Under the pieces are notes generated by a model, which was given only the letters and a program-made list of their open reading frames with translations, made no database searches and was not told where the DNA came from. From a virus (Duplodnaviria; Caudoviricetes), in the IMG/VR virus record IMGVR_UViG_3300005805_000357, positions 1 to 28,136 of that record: a stretch of 28,136 nucleotides of DNA. One strand, given 5' to 3'. Shown here piece after piece: positions 1-8,436 of this stretch. A program made the translations under genes and the position numbers. The first letter of the stretch is position 1. Each line of letters starts with the position of its first letter.

Positions 1-1136
1 CCTGTACTGAGTATAACATGTTTTAATCTATAATAATTTTTATCTTCTTTTAAATTATCTTCAATTGATTTTAAAACATCTGAAGTATTTCTACCTTGCA
101 GTCCATCACCATCTATTTTTCCAGTTTCAATTAATCCAGATGCAATATCATCTCCAACGGCTAATGTTCCACTTAGATTTTGCGTATCTCCAGGAACAAC
201 ATCTGGTATAATATCTTTTGGAGATACTTGGCCAGATGTTTGTTTTAAATATTCTTTTTCATCATTATAAAATATTCCTGTAGATAAACGAGCATCACGA
301 ACTAAATCCGGCTCTTTTGTTGTTAAAGCTCCTGTGGCATATCCCATTTTTATTTTGTTTATATCAACATCTCTTTGTTCTAATTCTGATCTGTCTGGTG
401 CAAATTTATACAAAGCTGCAACAATACCAGCGGTTAAAATTAATCCAATGCCGACTTTACTAAAAACAATAGCTAATAAAGGTTTTAATAAACCTAAAAG
501 TAAACTACTGGCAAAATAAGCTATTCTGAACAACCCTTTGAATCCATCAACAATACCTGTTACTATTTTTTCTGATAATCCTAATAATGTTTTTGTCACT
601 AGATTGGCAATATTGGATAATGCGCTAGTTAATAATCCAATTAAAGTTGCAAAAAATGATTTTCCATCATCATTTTCAAGTTTTTCCATTCCAACTGAAG
701 AATTTGTACCAATAGTTTTTGTTAAAACTGGAGTTGTTTTTGTTATAGGAACAAATTTCTTTTTAACCTGCATAGTCTTAACAATTTTCTTTAAAGTTTG
801 ACTAATTAGATTAGTATCTTTTTGAATCAAGGGCAAAGCCATACTATTTTTTGCTATGATCTTCGTGTTGAAATTGATAGATTCAAATAACGGTTGTGTT
901 TTAGATGCGTCAGATTCAGACACAGCAGATTTTAAATTTTTATCAGAAATACTTTTTGATTGATAGGCACGAAGCTTAGGAAATAAAGCCGTCAACAACC
1001 CACCTTGAGGCAATATTCTTCTAGGATCAAATTTCTCTCCTAGTCTTTCTTTCACACCCCCAGCTAACGAACTAGCAACGCCTTCACCAGATTCACGGCG
1101 AGCTTTGACAATATCTGTTAATCTTCCTGTTGCCAT
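1..1136 (-). CDS. Probable tape-measure / tail-length protein (gp29-like position); 5' part only, runs off the window
   Basis: Not in the ORF track, which fits a frame with no stop inside the window. ATG at 1136 (MATGRLTDIVKARRESGEG...) follows AGAAGATAGGAA, and the frame was open wherever I checked it down to base 1. It is helical with a hydrophobic stretch (LLLGLLKPLLAIVFSKVGIGLILTAGIVAALYKF) and lies directly after the gp54/gp26/gp51-like genes. Confidence 0.6.
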   Translation of the reverse strand, partial: MATGRLTDIVKARRESGEGVASSLAGGVKERLGEKFDPRRILPQGGLLTALFPKLRAYQSKSISDKNLKSAVSESDASKTQPLFESINFNTKIIAKNSMALPLIQKDTNLISQTLKKIVKTMQVKKKFVPITKTTPVLTKTIGTNSSVGMEKLENDDGKSFFATLIGLLTSALSNIANLVTKTLLGLSEKIVTGIVDGFKGLFRIAYFASSLLLGLLKPLLAIVFSKVGIGLILTAGIVAALYKFAPDRSELEQRDVDINKIKMGYATGALTTKEPDLVRDARLSTGIFYNDEKEYLKQTSGQVSPKDIIPDVVPGDTQNLSGTLAVGDDIASGLIETGKIDGDGLQGRNTSDVLKSIEDNLKEDKNYYRLKHVILST

Positions 1137-1139
1137 TTC

Positions 1140-1277
1140 CTATCTTCTTTGTTGGTTAGCAGCTTTAACTTTCTCATTTTCTTCTTCAAGATATCGTATT
1201 AGCATATTCACATAGATATCTTTTTCCCAAGGAATCATATTTTCTAACTCTGTCAAACTATACTTGTGGTGTTGCAT
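1140..1277 (-). CDS. gp51-like short ORF (annotated as baseplate hub assembly catalyst in T4-like cyanophages); probably the -1 frameshift extension of the upstream gene
   Basis: Manual translation gives MQHHKYSLTELENMIPWEKDIYVNMLIRYLEEENEKVKAANQQRR*. The family-like sequence continues upstream of this Met (..DNLGNHYKTNFAL-MQHH). There is no SD before ATG 1277. Confidence 0.8.
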   Translation of the reverse strand: MQHHKYSLTELENMIPWEKDIYVNMLIRYLEEENEKVKAANQQRR

Positions 1278-1327
1278 TAGAGCAAAGTTTGTTTTATAAT
1301 GATTACCTAGATTATCATAACGAAATA

Positions 1328-2062
1328 TTAACCGAAAAAATTTTGTATGCCTTCTACATCAATTTTTTCTTCATATCCACATTTTCCACATTTAAAATCT
1401 AAAATCTTTTTCATTTTTGGCATAGTATCAAAGAATTGTTTAATGTTCTCCAAATCTTTTGATTGCAATGTTTCCAAAAATTCAACCAGCTCTTCTTTTG
1501 TGCTATCTTTGGCATAATACAAATTATTTTCATCGTAAATGTAATCAATACAACTAACAATCATCTGCAAAACAGAGTCAATACCCTCTTGATTATCCAC
1601 ATTTACAATAACATCCATTTTTGGATATTTCATAACAATACCAAGCTTATTGTTTATTTCAATTTTATTTGAGTGATTTGAACTCACTTCAGGCAAAACC
1701 TCTAAAACATTCACATCAATCCCCACTTCGTTACCACATTTGTGTTCTTTTCCATCATCCTCTACGATGTTATTATTGCACTTATATTTTAACTGAACAA
1801 TCTCACCGATAGAGCGAGCTCTTAAATTCAAGAATAACATTTCAATATCAAACAAAGGCAATGAATCAATATCGGTATCATCAAGGATACAGTTATTCAA
1901 AACCTGTTTGATTGTTGTGATTGTGGATTGAGGATCATCCGATTCTGAAGCTATCAGAAATAACTTCTCCTCTTTGACAGTAAAAGGTCTAAATTTTACT
2001 TTCTTATCTGTTGAAAATAATTTAACCTCAAAAATAGGTACATCAATTCGTGGTAAAGCCAT
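1328..2062 (-). CDS. gp26: Baseplate hub subunit / assembly chaperone, T4 gp26-like
   Basis: MALPRIDVP..VKFRPFTVKEEKLFL, DIEMLFLNLRARSIGE, Cys pairs (KC..KC, CGKC) and C-terminal VEGIQNFF; GGAG SD upstream. Confidence 0.88.
   Translation of the reverse strand: MALPRIDVPIFEVKLFSTDKKVKFRPFTVKEEKLFLIASESDDPQSTITTIKQVLNNCILDDTDIDSLPLFDIEMLFLNLRARSIGEIVQLKYKCNNNIVEDDGKEHKCGNEVGIDVNVLEVLPEVSSNHSNKIEINNKLGIVMKYPKMDVIVNVDNQEGIDSVLQMIVSCIDYIYDENNLYYAKDSTKEELVEFLETLQSKDLENIKQFFDTMPKMKKILDFKCGKCGYEEKIDVEGIQNFFG
1334..1343 (-). other. Candidate -1 ribosomal slippery site (overlapping A_AAT_TTT and T_TTT_TTC heptamers)
   Basis: The minus strand reads CAA AAT TTT TTC GGT TAA. Both heptamers fit X_XXY_YYZ in frame, and the -1 frame is open from here to TAG at 1140. 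Confidence 0.7.
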
Positions 2063-2074
2063 AATTACTCCATA

Positions 2075-2830
2075 TTAATTAATTAAAAATCTTGATCTAG
2101 CACCAAATAGTTCATTCAATTTTGCGGAAACATCGCCTGCGCTACCAAATTGTTCATCATAAATTACTTTATATCGTTGATAAGCAAAGTTAACAGTTAA
2201 TCTTTGAAACCCATCATCACTCCAAGATAATGGTTGTGGAGCTATAGCAGTTGGAAAAGCATCAACTAGTTGAATAGCATAGATTCTATTTACAGTTTCA
2301 TCATACTGTGTTATGGTAATATTGGTTAGATAGCTGCTTGTAGCGCCTTTAGGAAACCTAACATTATTTGTATCAGAAGGAATAATAGCTTCAATCCATC
2401 GGTCAAATATTTTGCGCTCAGCATAATCATTTGTGCAAAGAAAAGTCAAGTTCATATCTGCATAATTTGTTAAATATGGAACTTGAAATCCTGGACCATA
2501 TATCTTCACCTTTTCTGTCACTAAACTTTTTCCTGGCATCTCTGCATTTTCACACATCATAGCTAAATGTCGTGTTGTTTCAGGATTAGCTGTCAATGCT
2601 TGTCTACTAATTGGATCTTGCCCAATAAATGTTCCTATAAATGAAGGCAATGCAAAAGTTATATCTTGGATAACACTATCTCTTAGAGCAACAAGTTTAT
2701 CAACAATACTATTTGTTACAAAATTATTGATATATTGTGGCAAAGGAATAATCACATCATATCGGCTAGCTTTAGCTAATCCGCCACGCTTATTGACCTG
2801 TGATAAAAACTTATCTGGTGAAAATGACAT
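2075..2830 (-). CDS. gp54: Baseplate tail-tube initiator, T4 gp54-like (tube-protein fold)
   Basis: GGLAKASRYDV, CENAEMPGKSL, PY...YADMNLTF, FDRWIEAI, LVDAFPTAIAPQPLSW, LTVNFAY. Start placed at ATG 2830 (MSFSPDKF), overlapping the gp2 stop (TAATG), rather than the track's 2857. Confidence 0.8.
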   Translation of the reverse strand: MSFSPDKFLSQVNKRGGLAKASRYDVIIPLPQYINNFVTNSIVDKLVALRDSVIQDITFALPSFIGTFIGQDPISRQALTANPETTRHLAMMCENAEMPGKSLVTEKVKIYGPGFQVPYLTNYADMNLTFLCTNDYAERKIFDRWIEAIIPSDTNNVRFPKGATSSYLTNITITQYDETVNRIYAIQLVDAFPTAIAPQPLSWSDDGFQRLTVNFAYQRYKVIYDEQFGSAGDVSAKLNELFGARSRFLIN

Positions 2831-3408
2831 TAGAATTTTTTCCTTGATTCCGACCAAACTTTTGAGCTTGAAGCTCCAATAAAACTTTCAAACGGCAATA
2901 ATGCAGCAATATCCCACTCATCAGCTTCAATCTTTAAAAATCTACTTTCTATATTTGAATAGAGGTATCTTTTTAGGCAAGCTGATTGTTCATATATTTT
3001 TCCTGCAGCCCGTAATGAATCATAAGTTAATCGTAATCTTGTTGTTTTATCATATTTTGAATTGGTGGCAAATTCACTAAGCTTATCTAAAAGGACGATT
3101 CGTTGCTTTGGGCTAATGTAATGCAAATTCAACCCTAAAAAACCATTCTGGTATTGTTCAATTGGTAAAACCAATGGGAACCTATCGTAATATGGCAACT
3201 TGTCCTTCGTCTTGGCTTCATAGAAATAAAAGTACATATGTCCTATCAAAGTATCGTCTACGAGTCGTCCTCTGTCGCTTAGGAGTGATTGGCGTGACGG
3301 TTTTAACTTACTTATTTTATTCAACAACCAATCTCTAGCTTGCCAAGAACGAGGTTGGTAACCTTCCTTGGTAAGTTGTTGATTAATTCGGTCGAGTAAA
3401 TATGCCAT
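2830..3408 (-). CDS. gp2: DNA end protector protein, T4 gp2
   Basis: GHMYFYFYEAKTKDKLPYYDRFPLVLP, GFLGLNLHYI, CLKRYL, EWDIAALLP and VWSESR are characteristic gp2 motifs. Confidence 0.92.
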   Translation of the reverse strand: MAYLLDRINQQLTKEGYQPRSWQARDWLLNKISKLKPSRQSLLSDRGRLVDDTLIGHMYFYFYEAKTKDKLPYYDRFPLVLPIEQYQNGFLGLNLHYISPKQRIVLLDKLSEFATNSKYDKTTRLRLTYDSLRAAGKIYEQSACLKRYLYSNIESRFLKIEADEWDIAALLPFESFIGASSSKVWSESRKKF

Positions 3409-3412
3409 GTTC

Positions 3413-3420
3413 TATTTATA
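3413..3420 (-). promoter_or_regulatory. T4-type late promoter TATAAATA upstream of gp2
   Basis: Perfect TATAAATA on the - strand, 4 nt before the gp2 ATG. Confidence 0.85.
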
Positions 3421-3495
3421 TTAGGTGAAAACAATTAATTACCATAGATTCTCAGTTTTAAACACATAAGTAGCGGTGCTGCTTTAAATGATTAA

Positions 3496-3939
3496 TTAGA
3501 TACCTAAATCTTTTTCCGTCAGTACCAAGAACTTCCATCCATGTTCTTGACAAAAGATATCAGCTGCTCGCCATTTTTCTTGGTTAACAGCATAAGTTGC
3601 AGCTTCTTGAATAAATCGTTTGGTCTTTTTCTTTTGAACTGGCATTCTGGTTTGTGCGTCAGGTTTGACCTCTATTACATAGGTCATTACAGAACCATCT
3701 TTTTGTCTCATTTTGGTAATAAAATCAGGAAAGTATCTGTGCATTTTATTATCTACTGGACTTCTATAGGGAATTACAAGTTCTTCTGAGTTCCACCATA
3801 TCACATTTGGATGAATATCTAGCCATTTCATCACTCTCAATTCCCACGTGGAACGATAGATGATATTGGTTGAATCACCATTATATTTCTTTGGATTCTT
3901 TGGATTGAAGAATCCTTTGTAAGATTTGCCATATGTCAT
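3496..3939 (-). CDS. gp4: Head completion protein, T4 gp4 (TnsA-like nuclease fold)
   Basis: YKGFFNPKNPKKYNGD, IYRSTWE, WNSEE..IPYRSPVDNKMHRYFPDF, IEVKP, VNQEKW.AA, F.VLTEK.LG. Confidence 0.93.
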   Translation of the reverse strand: MTYGKSYKGFFNPKNPKKYNGDSTNIIYRSTWELRVMKWLDIHPNVIWWNSEELVIPYRSPVDNKMHRYFPDFITKMRQKDGSVMTYVIEVKPDAQTRMPVQKKKTKRFIQEAATYAVNQEKWRAADIFCQEHGWKFLVLTEKDLGI

Positions 3940-3946
3940 ATAAATA
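3939..3946 (+). promoter_or_regulatory. T4-type late promoter TATAAATA for the rightward baseplate operon
   Basis: Perfect TATAAATA about 33 nt upstream of the gp48 ATG, with an AGGA SD in between; it touches the gp4 start codon on the opposite strand. Confidence 0.8.
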
Positions 3947-3979
3947 TATAGATGCCAATTTTAATGTAATAGGATAAAA

Positions 3980-5266
3980 ATGTCATTTTTCAAAATCATA
4001 GATGTAATAACGAACTCTAATGGTAATAGATTGGGTGGCCCATCATCGCTTGGCGGAAAACAATATGAAAGAAACACTTATCGTTTTCCCGAAGATGTTG
4101 GAAGTTATGACAAAGGACATTACATCCTATTTAACATTAATGAACAAGTCAACACTCAGTTTTACAATTCTCCAGCTACAGGCGATAAACCTACTGTAAT
4201 TGCAAATAATGAAAATTTGATTGCAAGAAGGGGTGCTATAAATGTAGCAGGAAGTGCCACCCAACTTGGAACACAACTTTCATCGGCAATTCAATCTGGA
4301 ATTTCAAATTTCCAATCTGGTGTTAATCCAGCAATAGCTGCAGTTGGTGGTTCAATTGCCTCAGCAACAAATCAAGCTGTTAATCAATTTATTCCAGAGC
4401 CAATTCAAAATACTATTAGTGGTGGTGTTAGTGGAGCTGTTGAACAAGTAAAATCTGTTAGAGGTGAAAAATTTCTAAGAAAAATACAAAGGACAAGAGA
4501 TACTATTGCTTTGTATATGCCAGACACACTAAAATTTAGCTATGGTCAAACTTATAGACCTTTAGAATTAGGTGGCGCCAATATTGGAGCAGCTGCTCCA
4601 GCTATTCTATCATCACTATCAAATAGTGTAATGGGAGATGTAAACAATGCAGGCAGTTTTGCTCTGAATTTGGCTGCTCAAAATTCACCTGTTGCTCGTA
4701 ATCAATTAACAGCATTAGCTGCAGCTGCAACAGGCCTTGTTAACAATCCAATGCTAGAAGTAATTTATTCTTCGCCTAAATTTAGACAATTCTCTTTTAA
4801 TTTTATGTTATATCCTAGATCCGAAAAAGAAGCGGAACAGGTTCAAAAAATATTAGATACACTAAGATTCCATTCGGCTCCAGAGATTAAAAGAAATACA
4901 GGAGGATTTTTTCTTATTCCGCCATCAGAATTTGATATTTCATTCATGTATAATGGCAGACCTAATCCCAACATTGATAAAGTTTCAACTTGTGTTTTAA
5001 CGGATATATCAGTTGACTATGCACCAAAAGGATTTCATGCATATGAAGTTGGTGGAGAAAATGATGCAAAACTTGGTAGAACCGGTATGCCAGTTGGCAT
5101 TGGTCTGTCATTAACATTTATGGAAACACAAATTCTCACTAAAGAATATCATAGAGGAGAGGGGTTAGAAAAAAGTTTTGGTTTGGATGATGGTCTTGGT
5201 GGGTCAGCAGTCGCACAGGCCTTTCCGGTTAATACGAACAATCCAGTAAGCAAACCATTACCTTAA
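3980..5266 (+). CDS. gp48: Baseplate tail-tube cap, T4 gp48-like
   Basis: YRFPED...HYILFNI, IALYMPD, NPMLEVIYSSPKFRQFSFNFMLYPRSEKEA, PSEFDISF, CVLTDISVDYAP, GMPV...LSLTFMETQILTK. Confidence 0.88.
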   Translation: MSFFKIIDVITNSNGNRLGGPSSLGGKQYERNTYRFPEDVGSYDKGHYILFNINEQVNTQFYNSPATGDKPTVIANNENLIARRGAINVAGSATQLGTQLSSAIQSGISNFQSGVNPAIAAVGGSIASATNQAVNQFIPEPIQNTISGGVSGAVEQVKSVRGEKFLRKIQRTRDTIALYMPDTLKFSYGQTYRPLELGGANIGAAAPAILSSLSNSVMGDVNNAGSFALNLAAQNSPVARNQLTALAAAATGLVNNPMLEVIYSSPKFRQFSFNFMLYPRSEKEAEQVQKILDTLRFHSAPEIKRNTGGFFLIPPSEFDISFMYNGRPNPNIDKVSTCVLTDISVDYAPKGFHAYEVGGENDAKLGRTGMPVGIGLSLTFMETQILTKEYHRGEGLEKSFGLDDGLGGSAVAQAFPVNTNNPVSKPLP

Positions 5267-5281
5267 AATACAAATTAAAAT

Positions 5282-5926
5282 ATGGCAAACTATTTCTATA
5301 ATTTTCCAACGACATACTACATCAATTCAGATGATAATTCTGATTTAGATGTTGTTACCGATATAACAAAGCGTGTAGCTTTTGAAGAAGAATTCAAAAA
5401 GAATTCCGCTGCTTATATTAAATTTGTTGTTACAGATGAAGATACACCAGAAATTACAGCATTTAAATTTTATGGTGATGCTGAAAAACACTGGATAGTT
5501 TTGATGATGAATGACATTATTGATCCTCAATTTGATTGGCCAATGAAAGAAAGAGATTTAATTAAATTTATTAATAACAAATATTCAGCTAATGCTTCAA
5601 ATACTCAAACTGGTTTAGAGTGGGCTCAGTCTAACATCCAATCTTATTACAAAGTGGAAACCAAAACTATAGTTTCCACGGGTGAAAAATCAGAAGATAA
5701 AATTAAGGTTGATAGTGGAACATATGCAAACATTACACCATCAAATGTAACATATACATTAGAGAATGGTAAACAACTAACCATTGCTATAACAAAAGAA
5801 ACGGAAACATATTTTGAATATGAAACTGAACTAAATGATGAAAAAAGAAATATAATCCTTTTAAGAGATGAATTTGTGCCAGCTGCTATGAGAGAACTAA
5901 AAACTATTTTTGAAATAAACAGTTAA
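5282..5926 (+). CDS. gp53: Baseplate wedge subunit, T4 gp53 (LysM-like)
   Basis: YFYNFP, DTPEITAFKFYGDAEKHWIVLMMNDIIDPQFDWP, YEYE-like YFEYETELNDEKRNIILL. Confidence 0.92.
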   Translation: MANYFYNFPTTYYINSDDNSDLDVVTDITKRVAFEEEFKKNSAAYIKFVVTDEDTPEITAFKFYGDAEKHWIVLMMNDIIDPQFDWPMKERDLIKFINNKYSANASNTQTGLEWAQSNIQSYYKVETKTIVSTGEKSEDKIKVDSGTYANITPSNVTYTLENGKQLTIAITKETETYFEYETELNDEKRNIILLRDEFVPAAMRELKTIFEINS

Positions 5927-5929
5927 TAC

Positions 5930-7183
5930 ATGGCTGATTCAATTATACAATCAAGTGAATTTGAAATAAAATCTTTAGTGATTTTATCTCCAAATGAAAA
6001 AATAGAAATTGATATTCGTGCTATTTTTGAAGAATTGAATATATACGATAGCATTCTTGTAAACACCATATCAGGTAATATTGTTGTTGTGGATTCTCTT
6101 GGAATTTTAAGAGGATTTGAGTTTGACGGATCTCAATTGTTGTATGTTAATATGTCAAAAAATGGTGATACTTTTACCTATGAAAAAGTTTTTCACATTT
6201 ATAAACAAACATTAAAAGATGTTGTTAAGCCAGGAGCTATTTCTTATAAATTAGATTTTATTTCAGATGAATACACGGTATCTGAACAAACTAGAGTTGC
6301 ACAACATTATGAGTTTCCTTATTCAAAAATAGCACAATTAATTTTAAAAGATTATTTAAAAGTACCGGCAAAAAAACTAGGAATATTTACCGAATCACAA
6401 GGTATAAGAAGTGTCATTATTCCCACAATGACTCCTTTAAACGCTATTACTTGGTGTTCAAAAAGAGCTTTGGATGTAAATGGTAAACCAACATTTTTGT
6501 TTTTTGAAAATTATGATGGTTTTAATTTCATGTCTTTAAATGATATTTTTAAACAGACCCCATTAGTTAATATTAATATGTCACCAAAAAATATAGTGGA
6601 TGATATGGATATTGAATTTCTTGGCGTCAGGTCTTATGAAGTTATTGACCAACATGATATTATTCAAAACATAAAATCGGGCATGTATGCTAAAACTGGA
6701 AGGTTTTATGATATCAAAAACAGAACACTTACAGTAATAAAAAGTGATTATAATAAAGATCAAATTGGTGCTGTTTCTTTAAATACTGATAAATTAAATC
6801 AGAGTTCTATTCCCACAAAAATAAACAGGCATGGATTAGCTCTCACTCAAGCCACAGATAGTAAAATACAATCATATTATTACAATTCAAGACCAAAAGG
6901 TAATGAAGAAACTCCTGAAAAATGGTTATTGCAGAGAGAATCTATGATACAAAATCTATTTGCTAGAAGGCTTAGAATTGAAACTTCTGGTGTATTTCCT
7001 TACACCTCTGGAAAACTAATGCGGGTTTTGGTTCCAAAGTTCTCAGTTGATACCAATGAAGATGATGGATCAAATGAATTTTTAACGGGAAATTACTTAA
7101 TTATGTCCACAAGGCATACCTTGTCAGCAGCTAGAAGGGAACACACAACAACAATGGATTTAGTGTCGGATAATAGGTATTAA
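5930..7183 (+). CDS. Baseplate hub protein (gp27 / Mu gp44 / P2 gpD-like)
   Basis: Lies between gp53 and the spike. EELNIYDSI..ISGNIVVVDS, FLFFENYDGFNF.SL and C-terminal LTGNYLIMSTRH...TTMDLV are typical of hub proteins. Confidence 0.7.
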   Translation: MADSIIQSSEFEIKSLVILSPNEKIEIDIRAIFEELNIYDSILVNTISGNIVVVDSLGILRGFEFDGSQLLYVNMSKNGDTFTYEKVFHIYKQTLKDVVKPGAISYKLDFISDEYTVSEQTRVAQHYEFPYSKIAQLILKDYLKVPAKKLGIFTESQGIRSVIIPTMTPLNAITWCSKRALDVNGKPTFLFFENYDGFNFMSLNDIFKQTPLVNINMSPKNIVDDMDIEFLGVRSYEVIDQHDIIQNIKSGMYAKTGRFYDIKNRTLTVIKSDYNKDQIGAVSLNTDKLNQSSIPTKINRHGLALTQATDSKIQSYYYNSRPKGNEETPEKWLLQRESMIQNLFARRLRIETSGVFPYTSGKLMRVLVPKFSVDTNEDDGSNEFLTGNYLIMSTRHTLSAARREHTTTMDLVSDNRY

Positions 7184-7189
7184 ATAATA

Positions 7190-7525
7190 ATGTTACTATC
7201 ACAATCATATTTTGGAATTGGAATTGTTGAAGATAATAATGACCCTGAAAAATTTGGTAGGGTCCGTGTTCGTATATTTGATATTCACGGAAATGATAAG
7301 GTAAGAATTCCAACGGATAAATTACCATTTGCTCATGTGCTTCATGCTGCAAACAATAAGAGTAAATTTGAAACAATAGCCATTGGAGATTGGGTTTATG
7401 TAACAACTCTAGATGGACAAAATGCACAAGAAATTTTAGTTCTTGGTGTTTTACCTGGACTTGTTCCACCAAATGCAGCCGCTAGAGCTCTCTCGGCTGC
7501 TGGCGGTTTAACTGGCCCACCTTGA
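7190..7525 (+). CDS. Stand-alone gp5 N-terminal OB-fold domain
   Basis: GIVEDNNDPEKFGRVRVRIFDIH...IPTDKLPFAHVL...IGDWV...DGQNAQEILVLGVLPG matches the gp5 OB domain; the ORF ends after 111 aa. Confidence 0.85.
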   Translation: MLLSQSYFGIGIVEDNNDPEKFGRVRVRIFDIHGNDKVRIPTDKLPFAHVLHAANNKSKFETIAIGDWVYVTTLDGQNAQEILVLGVLPGLVPPNAAARALSAAGGLTGPP

Positions 7526-7530
7526 AAAAT

Positions 7531-7536
7531 TAAATA
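7531..7536 (+). promoter_or_regulatory. Possible late promoter core (atTAAATA) 4 nt before ATG 7541
   Basis: TAAATA-aaat-ATG, the same spacing as at gp2 and gp25; imperfect match in AT-rich DNA. Confidence 0.4.
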
Positions 7537-7540
7537 AAAT

Positions 7541-8434
7541 ATGGCAATTACAACTATAGATATAACAGCTCAACAACAGTATGTTAGGACAGCTGCGTTT
7601 AACAAGGCTTTGTCTGAAGGCAAAACGGAAGCTGAAGCCTCAAATATTGCAGCTGCAGCTGGCAATGAAATTGGAGCACAACTTCTTTCTCAGATAGATT
7701 TGAATAATGACCTTCAAGATCCTATTGGCCCCGTCAATGTATATTCAGGTGCTAATAGTGTATCTGGTGTATCAAATACAGCATCAACTACCTTTGGTAC
7801 AATTATATCCTCTATTAACCAACAACTCACACATGAATGCGGCACGACTCCGTACATTAGACAATTTGCAGGTTTCTGTCATGGCATAGCCCAACAAATT
7901 GCGAATGGTATCAGGTTTGCAATAAACAAAGTTTTAGAAGCTTTTGGACTAGATCCAGCCTTGTCTGGAATTGCTGCTACGATAAGAAGAATTGCAAATA
8001 CAATATCAGAAATTGCAAATGTTGCTAAGTTAATTAACAAATTCATTAATGAGGTTGTTTTAGTTATTGCACAAATTAAGGCCTTAATTGAATATATTTT
8101 AAGTTTACCAGCAAAACTTCTCGCACTTTTCAAAAAATGTTTGCAAGAAGCTCAAGCTGAACTTACTAGAGCTATTTTTGATACACTTAATACCGGTACA
8201 GATAACCTTATTGGTCAAACAACAAGAGAACTTAGTAATTTAGCCGAACAAACACAAAGTTTGGTAAATGAAACCAATAAATTAATAGACGCTCCGGGTA
8301 GAATTATTTCTGGCATTGCTGATCCAGCTACACTAAGTACAAGTGAAAGAAACGATTTAATAATAAAACTTTTTCCTAATAATCCGCCACCAGATGAAGT
8401 GTTTAATTCGTTTGGTAATGGAGCAACTGCATAA
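7541..8434 (+). CDS. Hypothetical alpha-helical virion protein within the split-gp5 locus
   Basis: 297-aa ORF with long amphipathic helices (IAQIKALIEYILSLPAKLLALFKKCLQEAQAEL); no lysozyme motif recognised. Confidence 0.7.
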   Translation: MAITTIDITAQQQYVRTAAFNKALSEGKTEAEASNIAAAAGNEIGAQLLSQIDLNNDLQDPIGPVNVYSGANSVSGVSNTASTTFGTIISSINQQLTHECGTTPYIRQFAGFCHGIAQQIANGIRFAINKVLEAFGLDPALSGIAATIRRIANTISEIANVAKLINKFINEVVLVIAQIKALIEYILSLPAKLLALFKKCLQEAQAELTRAIFDTLNTGTDNLIGQTTRELSNLAEQTQSLVNETNKLIDAPGRIISGIADPATLSTSERNDLIIKLFPNNPPPDEVFNSFGNGATA

Positions 8435-8436
8435 TC

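Noticed and set aside
334-801. Plus-strand ORFs 334-519 and 538-801
   Set aside because: They are antisense shadows of the long minus-strand ORF starting at 1136.
3468-3484. Hairpin AAGTAGC-GGT-GCTGCTT between gp4 and gp2 as a terminator
   Set aside because: On the transcribed (-) strand the stem has a mismatch, a 3-nt loop and no clear U-tract; too weak to call.
3496-3939. TnsA-like nuclease motif as a transposon or homing endonuclease
   Set aside because: Sequence and position next to gp2 match the core head-completion protein gp4.
7190-7525. Truncated gp5 as a pseudogene, or stop-codon reassignment/readthrough
   Set aside because: The break falls cleanly after the OB domain, the downstream parts have their own starts, in-frame stops follow in the spacer, and long genes elsewhere read normally with the standard code.
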